DNA of 64,000 bases from Dehalococcoidia bacterium (GCA_965200065.1 CBDATF010000001.1:986012-1050011); one strand, 5' to 3'. Positions 28,303 to 37,395 are shown, numbered from the stretch's first letter. A program made the numbers and translations. Notes: a model not told the origin generated them from the letters alone.

Positions 28303-30408
28303 TCAGCCTCGAACTCTCTCGCCAATCCATAAGCGCGTCAGCCAGAATGAATCGGCCCGGAAAGTATTGGGGGCTACATTCTGCAGATGCGACCACCAGA
28401 GCCAATGGGATACGTTTGCGGCGGCTCTAACCAGATGTGCGCCGTCAAATATCTCACGCTGTATCTCCAGCAACAGATCTCTACGATTTTCGGCATCCAG
28501 CTCAATTGCCTGCATCTCGATGAGCCGATCAAGATTGTCGGTCGAGTATCCGGTCGAGTTCCACGGCGCCGCAGAGTGATGCACTGCGAAGAGCGTTGAG
28601 GTGGTGCTGCTCTGCGGCGGTGGTGCGCCAACATAGATGTCGTAATCACCGTTGATCCAGATATCTTCAGCAAAAACCCGGGTCGAAACCCTCTCAATCG
28701 ACGCCAGCAATCCTACGGCACGAATGGCATTGGCAATCGAATGTGCCGTCCGGATGTAACTTTCACCGAACTCGCCAACCTTGATGTTCAGCAGAGTGCC
28801 TACCGGCGCGCGGTATCCATCCAGAATCTCCATCAAGCCACTGCGGTCGTTGAAGTAGCTGGCGACCTCGTCGGCCGGCAATAGCCAGTCAGGATCGTGG
28901 ATCGGTAACCCGGCGCTGACAAATGATTGACCACTATGGAGCGTGTCGATAAGACCTATTGGGTCCCAGGCCTTCATTAAGGCGGCGCGGAACATGGGTG
29001 AATCCAACACTTCCCGGTTGGTATTGATAGCGACTTCGATACCGGCAGATGCGTCATGGCTGGTAGTCCATCGCATCTCATCGAATCGTTCTACCGCGGC
29101 CATCAGATCGGCAAGACCAGGCTGTATCAGATCCAGTTGCCCAGTTCGGAATGCGGCGACACGCGTCTGGGCATCTGGAACGACGGCGATGTTTAGTCCA
29201 TCCAGCAGCGGCAGTTCCGGGATGAAGTAGTCCCGATTCGCAGCAAATCGCATCCTGCCAGCATCAAACGACTCCATGACCCATGGACCAGTGCCAACCG
29301 TCGGGCCGCGGATAAGGTCATTGCTATCTTCCAAAACTTCAGGTGCCATCACGGCCGCGCGCGCATCCGCCAACTTATCGAGAATCTCAGCATCTGGTAT
29401 GAGCAGGGTGATCTCGATGGTGTTATCGCTCACTGCCTCGATACCCGCAACGGTGTTGACGAGATGGGAGTTGATGATCTTTGCGTTGCGAAGCCGGTTG
29501 ATGCTGAAGACGACATCTTCTGCCGTCAAGTTGCGCTCTATCTGCAGTTCCGGGTCATGCCATCGGACATCGTCGCGCAACGTTATCGAGAGGCTGGTCG
29601 GTTCAACCATCTCCCAACTGACGCAGATGTCGCATACTATCTGACGTGCTGAAGCGGATAAGTTGGGATCGTATGCAGTGCCTAGAGCGTCAATTCCATG
29701 TTCCGGCGCCCCCGGTGCAATCCATTGGTATCGCATGATGCGGGAGTATGCGATGCCCGGTCCCCATGCTGCCAGCACCGGCGATACGGATTGATGGATG
29801 TCCTGATGCGGCGCCGGTTGCGGAACGGCAGTCTTCAGCGTTCCACCACGAGCTCCCGACACTGGCGGCTCTTTGACTTCGTCTATTGGTACCGTCGTAG
29901 GTGCAAGAGTTGGTGATGGCACTGCGGTTGGTATCGGGGTAGATGTAGGTGGCGGTGTGGGAGTTGCAGTTGGAGTAGGCGTTGGCGGTTGGGGTGTATT
30001 CGTGGGAGTGGCAGTCGGCGGTACCGGCGTGGCGGTGGCCGTCGGACCCGCGACTGTGGGTGTCGCTGTAGGCTCTATCCGAACCGTTGGTTCAAGCGTA
30101 GAGGTAGGTGGAATGACGACCGCGGTGGGCGTCGCTGTAGGCACCTCAGTCGGGATTGGCGATGGGGTGGCTGTCGCAGTAGGTATTGGAGTCGATGTTG
30201 GTGTATCTACGATGCGAGGTGTTGGCTCTGGTGCAGGCGTCGCAGTTGGTTCAGCAGCTGTGCAGGAGATGATGGCAACAACCGCCAACAGAATGATTGA
30301 CGATAGACATAACCGTCTGATGTAGGACGTTGCCCTCAACTTTCCGTCTGCCTGAACCATTCGACAGTCTGCCGCAAGCCGTCTTTGAACGCGGTCGTTG
30401 CGTGCCAT
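28303..30408 (-). CDS. ABC-transporter substrate-binding lipoprotein, family 5 (peptide/nickel/opine type), with a long Pro/Thr-rich tether
   Basis: The C-terminal ~520 aa look like an SBP_bac_5 fold. The N-terminus has a lipobox (LLAVVAIISC). The true start is probably ATG 30360 or TTG 30339; the TTG overlaps the upstream stop as TTGA. The maximal ORF to 30408 would overlap the epimerase gene by 73 nt. Confidence 0.8.
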   Translation of the reverse strand: MARNDRVQRRLAADCRMVQADGKLRATSYIRRLCLSSIILLAVVAIISCTAAEPTATPAPEPTPRIVDTPTSTPIPTATATPSPIPTEVPTATPTAVVIPPTSTLEPTVRIEPTATPTVAGPTATATPVPPTATPTNTPQPPTPTPTATPTPPPTSTPIPTAVPSPTLAPTTVPIDEVKEPPVSGARGGTLKTAVPQPAPHQDIHQSVSPVLAAWGPGIAYSRIMRYQWIAPGAPEHGIDALGTAYDPNLSASARQIVCDICVSWEMVEPTSLSITLRDDVRWHDPELQIERNLTAEDVVFSINRLRNAKIINSHLVNTVAGIEAVSDNTIEITLLIPDAEILDKLADARAAVMAPEVLEDSNDLIRGPTVGTGPWVMESFDAGRMRFAANRDYFIPELPLLDGLNIAVVPDAQTRVAAFRTGQLDLIQPGLADLMAAVERFDEMRWTTSHDASAGIEVAINTNREVLDSPMFRAALMKAWDPIGLIDTLHSGQSFVSAGLPIHDPDWLLPADEVASYFNDRSGLMEILDGYRAPVGTLLNIKVGEFGESYIRTAHSIANAIRAVGLLASIERVSTRVFAEDIWINGDYDIYVGAPPPQSSTTSTLFAVHHSAAPWNSTGYSTDNLDRLIEMQAIELDAENRRDLLLEIQREIFDGAHLVRAAANVSHWLWWSHLQNVAPNTFRADSFWLTRLWIGERVRG
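29884..30261 (-). repeat. Low-complexity coding repeat encoding a ~125-residue Pro/Thr/Ala linker
   Basis: Residues ~50-175 of the SBP read TAAEPTATPAPEPTP...PTATPTNTPQPPTPTPTATPTPPPTSTPIPTAVPSPTLAPTTVP. The DNA is an imperfect ACN/CCN reiteration. Confidence 0.85.
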
Positions 30409-31301
30409 CCCAGTTCCTGTCTTGCAGTTGTTACATCCAACCAGATTTTCGGTATATCCCCGGCCCGAGGCGGCCCATATTGAGCGGGATAGTCCACTGG
30501 TACCAATTCGGACAGCAACGCGTATATCTCATTGACCGATACGCTGTACCCGGTGCCGATGTTGTACGGCCCCGGCAATCCAGAGTCGGCAAGTGCCAAG
30601 ACGCCTTCGATGAAGTCCGAGATGTAGATGTAGTCGCGTTCATCCTCGCCATGCCCGAATATCGTCACCTGACGTCCCTCCAACAGGGCTTGGGAGAATA
30701 TCGCAATTACCCCAGCCTCTCCATGGGGATTTTGACGCGGACCGTAGACGTTCGCAGGGCGTACGATGCCATAGTCAACTCCGTAGAGATGCGCAAATAC
30801 GCGTAGGTAGTTTTCCACTGCCAGCTTCGATGCGCCATACGGTGAGAGCGGTTTCTCGATCATCGCCTCGCTTGCTGGCAACTCATGGATGTCGAGATCG
30901 CCGTAGATCGCGCCGCCGGTCGAAAAGTAGATGAAGCGCGTTCGGTGCTCAAGTTCCCAAAGCCCTTGCAGCAGGTTCAACGAACCGACCACGTTGATTT
31001 GCGTATCCAGCATCGGATCTTTTGCTGATATCGAAACACTACCTTGTGCCGCCAGGTGATACACGGCACTAGGGGCTAGTTGGGATATCAACTGCGTAAT
31101 CGATGGGTCGCATATATCGAGTTCTATGAACTCAGCAGACGGGTTGAGGTAGCGTGTCGAGGCAGTAGAGAGGTCGTCGACGACGTAGACGCGCTCTCCG
31201 CGATCGATAAGTGCATCGACCAGATGACTGCCGATAAAGCCGGCGCCGCCAGTCACTAATGAAGTTCCAAGTGAAGTGTCTTGATCTCTGTCGTTGCCCA
31301 T
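30336..31301 (-). CDS. NAD-dependent nucleotide-sugar epimerase/dehydratase (extended SDR)
   Basis: 321 aa with LVTGGAGFIGSHLVD and the catalytic YxxxK (SPYGASKLA). Confidence 0.85.
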   Translation of the reverse strand: MGNDRDQDTSLGTSLVTGGAGFIGSHLVDALIDRGERVYVVDDLSTASTRYLNPSAEFIELDICDPSITQLISQLAPSAVYHLAAQGSVSISAKDPMLDTQINVVGSLNLLQGLWELEHRTRFIYFSTGGAIYGDLDIHELPASEAMIEKPLSPYGASKLAVENYLRVFAHLYGVDYGIVRPANVYGPRQNPHGEAGVIAIFSQALLEGRQVTIFGHGEDERDYIYISDFIEGVLALADSGLPGPYNIGTGYSVSVNEIYALLSELVPVDYPAQYGPPRAGDIPKIWLDVTTARQELGWHATTAFKDGLRQTVEWFRQTES

Positions 31302-31502
31302 AGATTGCGGATTTTAGGTGTTTCTGACGCTGTTTACCAGATCGGTTTAGCAGGGAATCGCATCGAATTTAAACCGGTCGATTCTCAATTATGCGTTTAC
31401 GCCTTATCGGATTTGCGTAACTGAAGAGTCGTTTCACATGGTAATGAAGTCGGGATTAGAATCGTGATGGATTTAACCGCATTAACCACGGAGCCTGATT
31501 AG

Positions 31503-32390
31503 ATGCCCGACATTAGATTGACCGCCTCACGACATTCTGCCTTTTACAGCCCGCTCATCTCGATGATTGCAGGAGGTTTCCTGGAGCGTGAAGGCATATC
31601 CGCCAGCTACGCGCCGGCCGAAGCGGGACAGAACGCCGTTGTGGAAGTAGCCGAGGGGCGCGCCGATATCGGACAGTCGGCAGTGTCCGGCAGCTGGGGA
31701 TCGTTAGATGCAGGAGAGAAGCCGTTAGTGGCACACTTCGCGCAGATCAACGCTCGCGACGGCTTCATCGTCGCCGCGCGCGAGCCGGATCCCGATTTCA
31801 GTTGGGACAAATTGCTCAGCGCCAAGTTCCTGTATGTGCACGGCGGGCAACCGGAAGCGATGTTGCGATACGGATTGCACCGTGTCGGGATAGATCTCTC
31901 CGATATTGAAGGTATCGAGTCGCCGGGCGGTGACGAGATGATGGAGCAGTGGAAGAGTAGCGAGGGCGACTATTTCCACGAGCAGGGCGCTTTTCCACAG
32001 CAGTTGGAGCATGAAGGCATCGGGCATATCGTCGGTTCAATTGGCGAGATCGTAGGCCCTACGGCCTTCAGCAGTCTCACAGCACGTTGGGACTACCTGG
32101 AATCAGACGAGGCGATTGCCGTCACCCGTGCCTACCGGGCATCACGTGAATGGGTAAACACTGCCGATCCGCGTGAGGTTGCAGAAGCTGAAGCGCCATT
32201 CTTCCCTGGCATGGCCGTAGAGGCGACCGCGGCCGCAGTCGCCTACTACCAGCAGCTTGGCACCTGGGACGGCGACATCGCAATCCCGCGCGACCTATAC
32301 GAGTCGGCCCTCGACGTCTTCGCCCACTCCAACATGGTCGGCAGCCGACACCCATACGAGCAGGTAGTAGTGCCGCCTCCAGGCAGCTAG
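31503..32390 (+). CDS. NMT1/THI5-like (NitT/TauT-type periplasmic-binding fold) protein with no recognisable signal peptide
   Basis: 295 aa. The N-terminus RHSAFYSPLISMIAGGFLEREGI resembles the NMT1/SsuA-like fold. The assignment comes from general resemblance only. Confidence 0.5.
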   Translation: MPDIRLTASRHSAFYSPLISMIAGGFLEREGISASYAPAEAGQNAVVEVAEGRADIGQSAVSGSWGSLDAGEKPLVAHFAQINARDGFIVAAREPDPDFSWDKLLSAKFLYVHGGQPEAMLRYGLHRVGIDLSDIEGIESPGGDEMMEQWKSSEGDYFHEQGAFPQQLEHEGIGHIVGSIGEIVGPTAFSSLTARWDYLESDEAIAVTRAYRASREWVNTADPREVAEAEAPFFPGMAVEATAAAVAYYQQLGTWDGDIAIPRDLYESALDVFAHSNMVGSRHPYEQVVVPPPGS

Positions 32391-32439
32391 AGCACTCCCG
32401 CTGCTATTAGAACCTGTCGCCGCGACCAGCTGTTTGCAA

Positions 32440-34959
32440 TTACGCTGGCTCGCGCGACAGGTTCAGCTCCAGCAGGCGCTCCAGGATGGTGTCGTCATCC
32501 GGGTCTTCCGGCCAGCCGTAAGCGTCGAAGACGGCGCGGTTGAGAGCGTAGTGGTCGTTTTTCAGCCAATCTGGATATCGGTTGTAGAGGTTGGTGAGAG
32601 TGTTCGGCTCCTTGACCATCCTTCTCTGTACGTAATTAATAGCGAAAGGACCGGACAGCGAGTTTTTGCGGTGCCACATCATGGTCTTGGCAATTTCAGC
32701 GACTGCTGCTCGTTGATCATCACTGGGTTCTGGAAACGGGAATGTCTCAAAGCAAGTTGTATGTGTGTACCTAAAACCAGAAAGCCTATCTCTAACTTGC
32801 GTCCCTAATGCCAGTGCCCACACCTCGTGTATGCGATATTGAAGGATACCCATCGAATAGTCGTCTTCAAAAGCGAAGACGCCTACTGAATGATTAACGA
32901 TAGTTGACCCATCGACCCATACGAATAGACGATGCTTTGAAACTAGCGGTGTTGCCATGTACCTACTCAGTGGTTCTAGTGCAGCACGCATTTGTGGCCT
33001 GGTACTAGCGAACAGCCACCACGGGGAATTGGCCGTGCTTCGTAAATTGGTGCGGTACTCAACGACTGGTTCCTTGATCGCCAAGTATGGTGCTTCGTAC
33101 GCTACCGCTTCAACTTCAGTCCGATTCACTCCAAAATCGACAATCCAGCGATTGGATGGCAAATCCGTGATGTCTTTAGCAGTCATCAAATGTTTGACGA
33201 CATCGGAGTTCTTTACTCCACTGGGATTCTCGATTTCCAACATCCTCTGAGCTTCTTCATTTGACACGTCGAACGGCCCAACAATGATGATGCCCTGAAA
33301 CGCGATATTCTGGTTGGCTGCAAGCCTCTGAGCCGTCGTCACATCAGCTTGGCGTGCGGATAGATCGGAATGAATCCGCGGTACATACTTACTGTCTAGA
33401 ATTCGACTGGTCTCAGCACCGTCGTCAAACCCGACCATCGAAGTATGCACCTTAGCACCATCTAGAAGCCAATCGCGATCAGACTCAGCGAAGAAGATGC
33501 CACCGGTATTTAGGATGTTTCGGAGCACTGTTCTTGATGCTCCACCTCGGATGGCTTGTGTTGCTAGTAAACCAGCACGTTTAGCCTTCTTTTCCGCGAT
33601 TTGGATGCGCGCTTTCTCAAACCAGTAGGCACAGAGATCGGCACCATTTGGTACCCGGTCTCCCCAGACTTGGTAGATTTCTTCAACACTTTGGTCTCCC
33701 ATTTCTTCGCGCATCCGCTTGTTGCCAATAAACGGAGGGTTGCCAATTATGAAGTCGGCTTCGGGCCATTCGGGGATGGCAAATTCATCGCCAGATGTGT
33801 CTATGATTGCATCCCGACAATCGATGTTGTCCAGGGTCTCAAGGATGGGGTCACGTCCTTCCATGTTCCCCACTCTCAGTTCGTTTTGAATGTAACCAAT
33901 CCAGACGACGACGTTGGCCAGTTGCTGGGCGTATTCGTCAATTTCAATGCCCAACAACTGGCGCGGATGAACGCGTGTTTCAGGTGGGGTGATGCCTAAT
34001 TCAAGTGCCCATCGGATCGCTTCAAGTTCTAGTGATTTCATGAGATTGAGCGCAACGTATAGGAAATTTCCAGAGCCGCATGCTGGGTCGAGGATACGAA
34101 CGTTTCCCAATCGATCGATAAACGCTTGAATTTCCTGCTTTGCAGTCTCAGCATCGGCCGCCCGTGTAGACGATTTGACGTTTTCCCAATCGCGTCGGAT
34201 GGGTGTCATCACTACCGGTTCAACTACAATCTCTATGTCGGCACGCGATGTGTAGTGGCGTCCGTGTTGGGCACGTTTCTCGGGATTGAAGACGCGCTCA
34301 AATAGAGTGCCGAAAATGGATGGCTCGATCTGCGACCATCCTAGTGCATCAGCCTCTTGGATTAAGGGAATAATTGAAGAGCCGATCCGCAGATCGTGCG
34401 TACGACCATCAAATAATCCTCCATTGAAGTGCTTGATAGGAGGTGCGGCATAGCGGTCTCCGACGCTCATGTCGTCGAATAGTCTCCTTAACCTCTCTGG
34501 GAAAACCTCGGCAGGACTGCCGCCAAGATCCTGAGTGAATTTGGTAAGCAATTGCCTTTCAAGTAGACCCATATCACTGGAGAACATGCAGAAAAGCAGT
34601 TGAGAGAGGAACCGGGCTATCTCGGCATCTTTGCCTACATTCCAACTTTGAAGTTCATCAGAAATCTTCCAGAAATGATCGGATGCTAGCTCGGTTAGTT
34701 GATTGGGCGTCCGGGATGGCTTAAGGTTCCCAGGCTCGACAAAGCAGTAGCGCAGGACTTGATAAACGGAAAGCGGTGAATCACTTGTTTCGCCCAGAGC
34801 AGTCTTGCGTTTCGCGTTATTTGCCAAGTTGAACAGGTCGTCTAACTCGATGGTGTACGTATCCGAAACCGTATCGGTGAAATTCGTGTGAATTCGGATG
34901 GTTTGGAAGTCGGAGACGATGATCAGTGGGGGATTGCCGAGGCTGTCGCGATATCTCAA
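32440..34959 (-). CDS. MmeI-family type IIL restriction-modification enzyme, downstream portion (helical spacer, N6-adenine MTase, TRD and C-terminal domains). It has no ATG start and is separated from its nuclease domain by a frameshift
   Basis: 839-aa ORF opening at TTG. MTase motif I ILDPACGSGNFL and motif IV IIGNPPFIG. MmeI-type C-terminus TCFETFPFP...TLTNLYNRYPDWL...AVFDAYGWPEDPDDDTILERLLELN. Confidence 0.8.
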   Translation of the reverse strand: MRYRDSLGNPPLIIVSDFQTIRIHTNFTDTVSDTYTIELDDLFNLANNAKRKTALGETSDSPLSVYQVLRYCFVEPGNLKPSRTPNQLTELASDHFWKISDELQSWNVGKDAEIARFLSQLLFCMFSSDMGLLERQLLTKFTQDLGGSPAEVFPERLRRLFDDMSVGDRYAAPPIKHFNGGLFDGRTHDLRIGSSIIPLIQEADALGWSQIEPSIFGTLFERVFNPEKRAQHGRHYTSRADIEIVVEPVVMTPIRRDWENVKSSTRAADAETAKQEIQAFIDRLGNVRILDPACGSGNFLYVALNLMKSLELEAIRWALELGITPPETRVHPRQLLGIEIDEYAQQLANVVVWIGYIQNELRVGNMEGRDPILETLDNIDCRDAIIDTSGDEFAIPEWPEADFIIGNPPFIGNKRMREEMGDQSVEEIYQVWGDRVPNGADLCAYWFEKARIQIAEKKAKRAGLLATQAIRGGASRTVLRNILNTGGIFFAESDRDWLLDGAKVHTSMVGFDDGAETSRILDSKYVPRIHSDLSARQADVTTAQRLAANQNIAFQGIIIVGPFDVSNEEAQRMLEIENPSGVKNSDVVKHLMTAKDITDLPSNRWIVDFGVNRTEVEAVAYEAPYLAIKEPVVEYRTNLRSTANSPWWLFASTRPQMRAALEPLSRYMATPLVSKHRLFVWVDGSTIVNHSVGVFAFEDDYSMGILQYRIHEVWALALGTQVRDRLSGFRYTHTTCFETFPFPEPSDDQRAAVAEIAKTMMWHRKNSLSGPFAINYVQRRMVKEPNTLTNLYNRYPDWLKNDHYALNRAVFDAYGWPEDPDDDTILERLLELNLSREPA

Positions 34960-35324
34960 GGCTTGGAAATATGCCTGATCCAGATTTTCCCTCGTTTCTT
35001 GTACTCCATCACGAAGTGCTCGCGCAGGAAGACATCGGCGACGCCATAGTGGTCGCCAGGGGTTGGAGCGGGTTTTTGAAAACCGAAATCGGTGTTGGTT
35101 AAGTCTTCAGACGGCGTAGGGTGTCCCACAATTGCGCACAACTCGTTGAAGTGTGCTTGATAGTACTGTGGTTCGGTGCCTTCATATCCGGTCCATTTAG
35201 CGGCAAATAACGCGGCTTTCATATGTGATTCGTCAGGCGCGTCGCGCAACACGTTTACCGGTTCGTTCAGCAACAGTGGCTGATCGATCAGGAGGTTGGC
35301 TGAGTCTGTGTCTTGTTCAGGCAT
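34956..35324 (-). pseudogene. MmeI-family N-terminal (PD-(D/E)XK nuclease) fragment, truncated by a 1-nt frameshift
   Basis: The 122-aa ORF ends GVADVFLREHFVMEYKKRGKIWIRHISKP*. The D-X9-E-X-K motif is present. The other frame continues NLDQAYFQALRYRDSLGNPP into the 839-aa ORF. Confidence 0.75.
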
Positions 35325-35496
35325 GGTTCGTGAAAGGTTTCAAACGTCTTAAGACCGTCATGTAGTTATTTTCGCATGGATGGGGCAGTTCATTTTACTC
35401 GGTGGCAAAAAATGGAATCGAGGTCCGATGGTGGCTGAATCTGAACGCTCGCGCTCATCAGCCAATGCCGAAAATCGACTGTCCTTGTGCGTCCTG

Positions 35497-36483
35497 CTAC
35501 CGCGATATCTCAGTGACGACGTTGATGAGCGGCTGGCCGCGGGTTAGGCGGTCTAGGTTTTCTGCTACGGTCTGACCGCGACGCGTGGCGGTGCCGTAGG
35601 TTGCGCCGGAGTGGTGCGGAACCATGATGATGTTGTCGAGTTCCCAGAATGGACAGTCGGATGGTCGCGGCTCATCATCGGCGCCTTCGGGATAGCGATA
35701 CCAGGTGTCGATTGCAGCACCGGCGATTTTGCGATTTTTCAGCGCATCGTACAGAGCCTCTTCATCGACGATGTGACCGCGCGCGGGATTGATTATGTAC
35801 GCCGTCGGTTTCATCAGCGACATCTCGGGTGCACCGATCAGCCCGCGTGTGGCATCTACAAGCGGCGTTGATATAAGTACGAAGTCCGATTCCGAAAGCA
35901 CCTTTTCACGTGCCGATTTGCCGCCACCGAGGTAGTTGGCACCGTATACCTCACCCTCAACCGTGTCGGTCCTGCCAGCGGCGATGACGGGCATTTCGTA
36001 GGCTTGCGCGAGCTTGGCAACGCGGCGTCCAATGGCACCGAATCCGATGATGCCAAAGGTGCGTCCCATCAATTCACGGTAGGAGCCGTGGCGTCCCGGC
36101 CACATCTCCCATGAGCCGGCGCGGAAGGTGCGCTCGGAACGTATCAGTTCATGATCAAGGGCGACCGCGACGGCCATCACCCACTCGGCGATAGGTGCTT
36201 CGTGATGATAGGCATTGGCGACCTGACAGCCATTGGGGACCGATTGCGGGTCGATGCGGTCGTAACCGGCGGCGGGAATTAGGATGGCACGTAGCGAATC
36301 GGCGGCAGCACCCATCTCCGGAGTGAAGTCGGTACCGACGTAGACATCCGCGCCACGCAACGATTCAAGAGGCGCCTTATTATCGCGATACTCGGTGAAG
36401 ACCCACTTGACTGGTTCGGACACCGGAAAAGGATCGATGTTCTGATACCCGCCGCGATGTCGATTTACTACTACGCGGAGCAT
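35497..36483 (-). CDS. D-isomer-specific 2-hydroxyacid dehydrogenase family protein
   Basis: 328 aa with the NAD-binding motif FGIIGFGAIGRRVA and a C-terminal catalytic region (ARG...VPHHSGAT). Confidence 0.85.
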   Translation of the reverse strand: MLRVVVNRHRGGYQNIDPFPVSEPVKWVFTEYRDNKAPLESLRGADVYVGTDFTPEMGAAADSLRAILIPAAGYDRIDPQSVPNGCQVANAYHHEAPIAEWVMAVAVALDHELIRSERTFRAGSWEMWPGRHGSYRELMGRTFGIIGFGAIGRRVAKLAQAYEMPVIAAGRTDTVEGEVYGANYLGGGKSAREKVLSESDFVLISTPLVDATRGLIGAPEMSLMKPTAYIINPARGHIVDEEALYDALKNRKIAGAAIDTWYRYPEGADDEPRPSDCPFWELDNIIMVPHHSGATYGTATRRGQTVAENLDRLTRGQPLINVVTEISR

Positions 36484-36513
36484 TTGTTATGCGTCGCTGT
36501 TTGATATTTGCAG

Positions 36514-36549
36514 GTGAGGACGTTGTAACTGAATGTCCAACGTCCTCAC
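36514..36549 (-). terminator. Hairpin downstream of the ABM-domain gene
   Basis: Perfect 12-bp stem, GTGAGGACGTTG (36514-36525) with CAACGTCCTCAC (36538-36549), and a 12-nt loop. No strong U-tract. Confidence 0.45.
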
Positions 36550-36569
36550 TCTCAAATGGTGCAATGCCG

Positions 36570-37295
36570 TTAGGCGTCGGGCTTGCCGGATGACCAGTTC
36601 CAGTTGTCGGGCGGCCAGACATTTCGACCGCGCCGCGCACCCATCGATCCGGCCATCGAAGCATCGCGTCGCTCCTCATCGTACCAATCAGCAACCGTGT
36701 CCCGCCAAAGCTTGATGTGCGGAGTGCCAACGTGGTAATCGAAGGCATCACGGTTCACGTATACCTCGTAGAGATACAGCTCGGTCGGATCATTGATGTT
36801 CTGGTAGACGTCGAAACGCAGACATCCTGGCTCTTCGTGAGTGGATCCGAGACCGTCCAGCGTAACTGCCGCGATGAAATCGTCCACTTTGTCGGCTTGG
36901 ACATATTGCGGTGCGTGAATGATGTGCAACGTTCCGGTCTGGAAAGCCGCGTCATCGACCGCGCCGGGACGGTATGCATCCCACTCGGCCGGGCCTTTGG
37001 GGTAGACCGAGCGGCAGAAAGACACTTCGGCCGGCTCTGAAAACATGTCTGCGGATGCGTCTCGCCACTGATGGAAGTGGTAAGCGAGAGTGTGGTATTG
37101 AAAAGCCGCTTCATCCGCATATACCTCGCAGAAAGCGAACTTCGTCGGGTCTTCATCGTCCTGAATGATGTCGAAACGGTAGCAGTTCGGTTCCCCTAAA
37201 ACCGATCCCACACCATCGCCGATCGAGGCTTCGATAAAGTCGTCGATACGGTCTTCTTTGACCTTGAGTCTCACCATCAAGATATACATCGTCAT
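36570..37295 (-). CDS. Tandem ABM-domain (antibiotic-biosynthesis-monooxygenase-like) protein
   Basis: 241 aa with two paralogous halves (RIDDFIEASIGDGVGSVLGEPNCYRFDIIQDDEDPTKFAFCEVYADEAAFQYH and KVDDFIAAVTLDGLGSTHEEPGCLRFDVYQNINDPTELYLYEVYVNRDAFDYH). Confidence 0.7.
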   Translation of the reverse strand: MTMYILMVRLKVKEDRIDDFIEASIGDGVGSVLGEPNCYRFDIIQDDEDPTKFAFCEVYADEAAFQYHTLAYHFHQWRDASADMFSEPAEVSFCRSVYPKGPAEWDAYRPGAVDDAAFQTGTLHIIHAPQYVQADKVDDFIAAVTLDGLGSTHEEPGCLRFDVYQNINDPTELYLYEVYVNRDAFDYHVGTPHIKLWRDTVADWYDEERRDASMAGSMGARRGRNVWPPDNWNWSSGKPDA

Positions 37296-37395
37296 CTCCT
37301 AGTAATGCATGTAGCAAGTCAGTTGCCGATTAGCAGTATACCGCGAGAAATCACGTTGGCTTGCGGATATGGCAAACTTGACGGAATTCGAATGC

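Noticed and set aside
29873-30325. 150-aa Gly/Val-rich plus-strand ORF (GVGVAVGVGVGG...).
   Set aside because: It is the reverse-complement reading of the Pro/Thr linker codons of the binding lipoprotein, so it is an artefact of the low-complexity repeat.
31317-31365. A stretch, AGGTGTTTCTGACGCTGTTTACCAGATCGGTTTAGCAGGGAA, upstream of the NMT1/THI5-like gene that superficially recalls the ThDP (TPP) riboswitch core (GGTG...CTGAGA...ACCTGATCTGG...AGGGAA).
   Set aside because: The invariant CUGAGA is CUGACG here. The P3 helix and the GGAUAAUGCCAGCG pyrophosphate-sensor arm are missing, the element is far too short, and it lies about 140 nt from the start codon. A covariance-model scan would settle it, but by eye it is not a riboswitch.
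32434-32808. 124-aa plus-strand ORF at the 3' end of the MmeI-like gene.
   Set aside because: It is antisense to the conserved MmeI C-terminal domain and has no independent support.
34985-34991. Possibility that GGGAAAA (minus strand) in the MmeI-like gene is a programmed -1 ribosomal frameshift site.
   Set aside because: In the upstream frame the tract is read GGG-AAA-A, not in the X-XXY-YYZ register needed for tandem tRNA slippage. No obvious downstream stimulatory hairpin is visible, and MmeI-family genes are not known to use recoding. A mutational or assembly indel is the simpler explanation.
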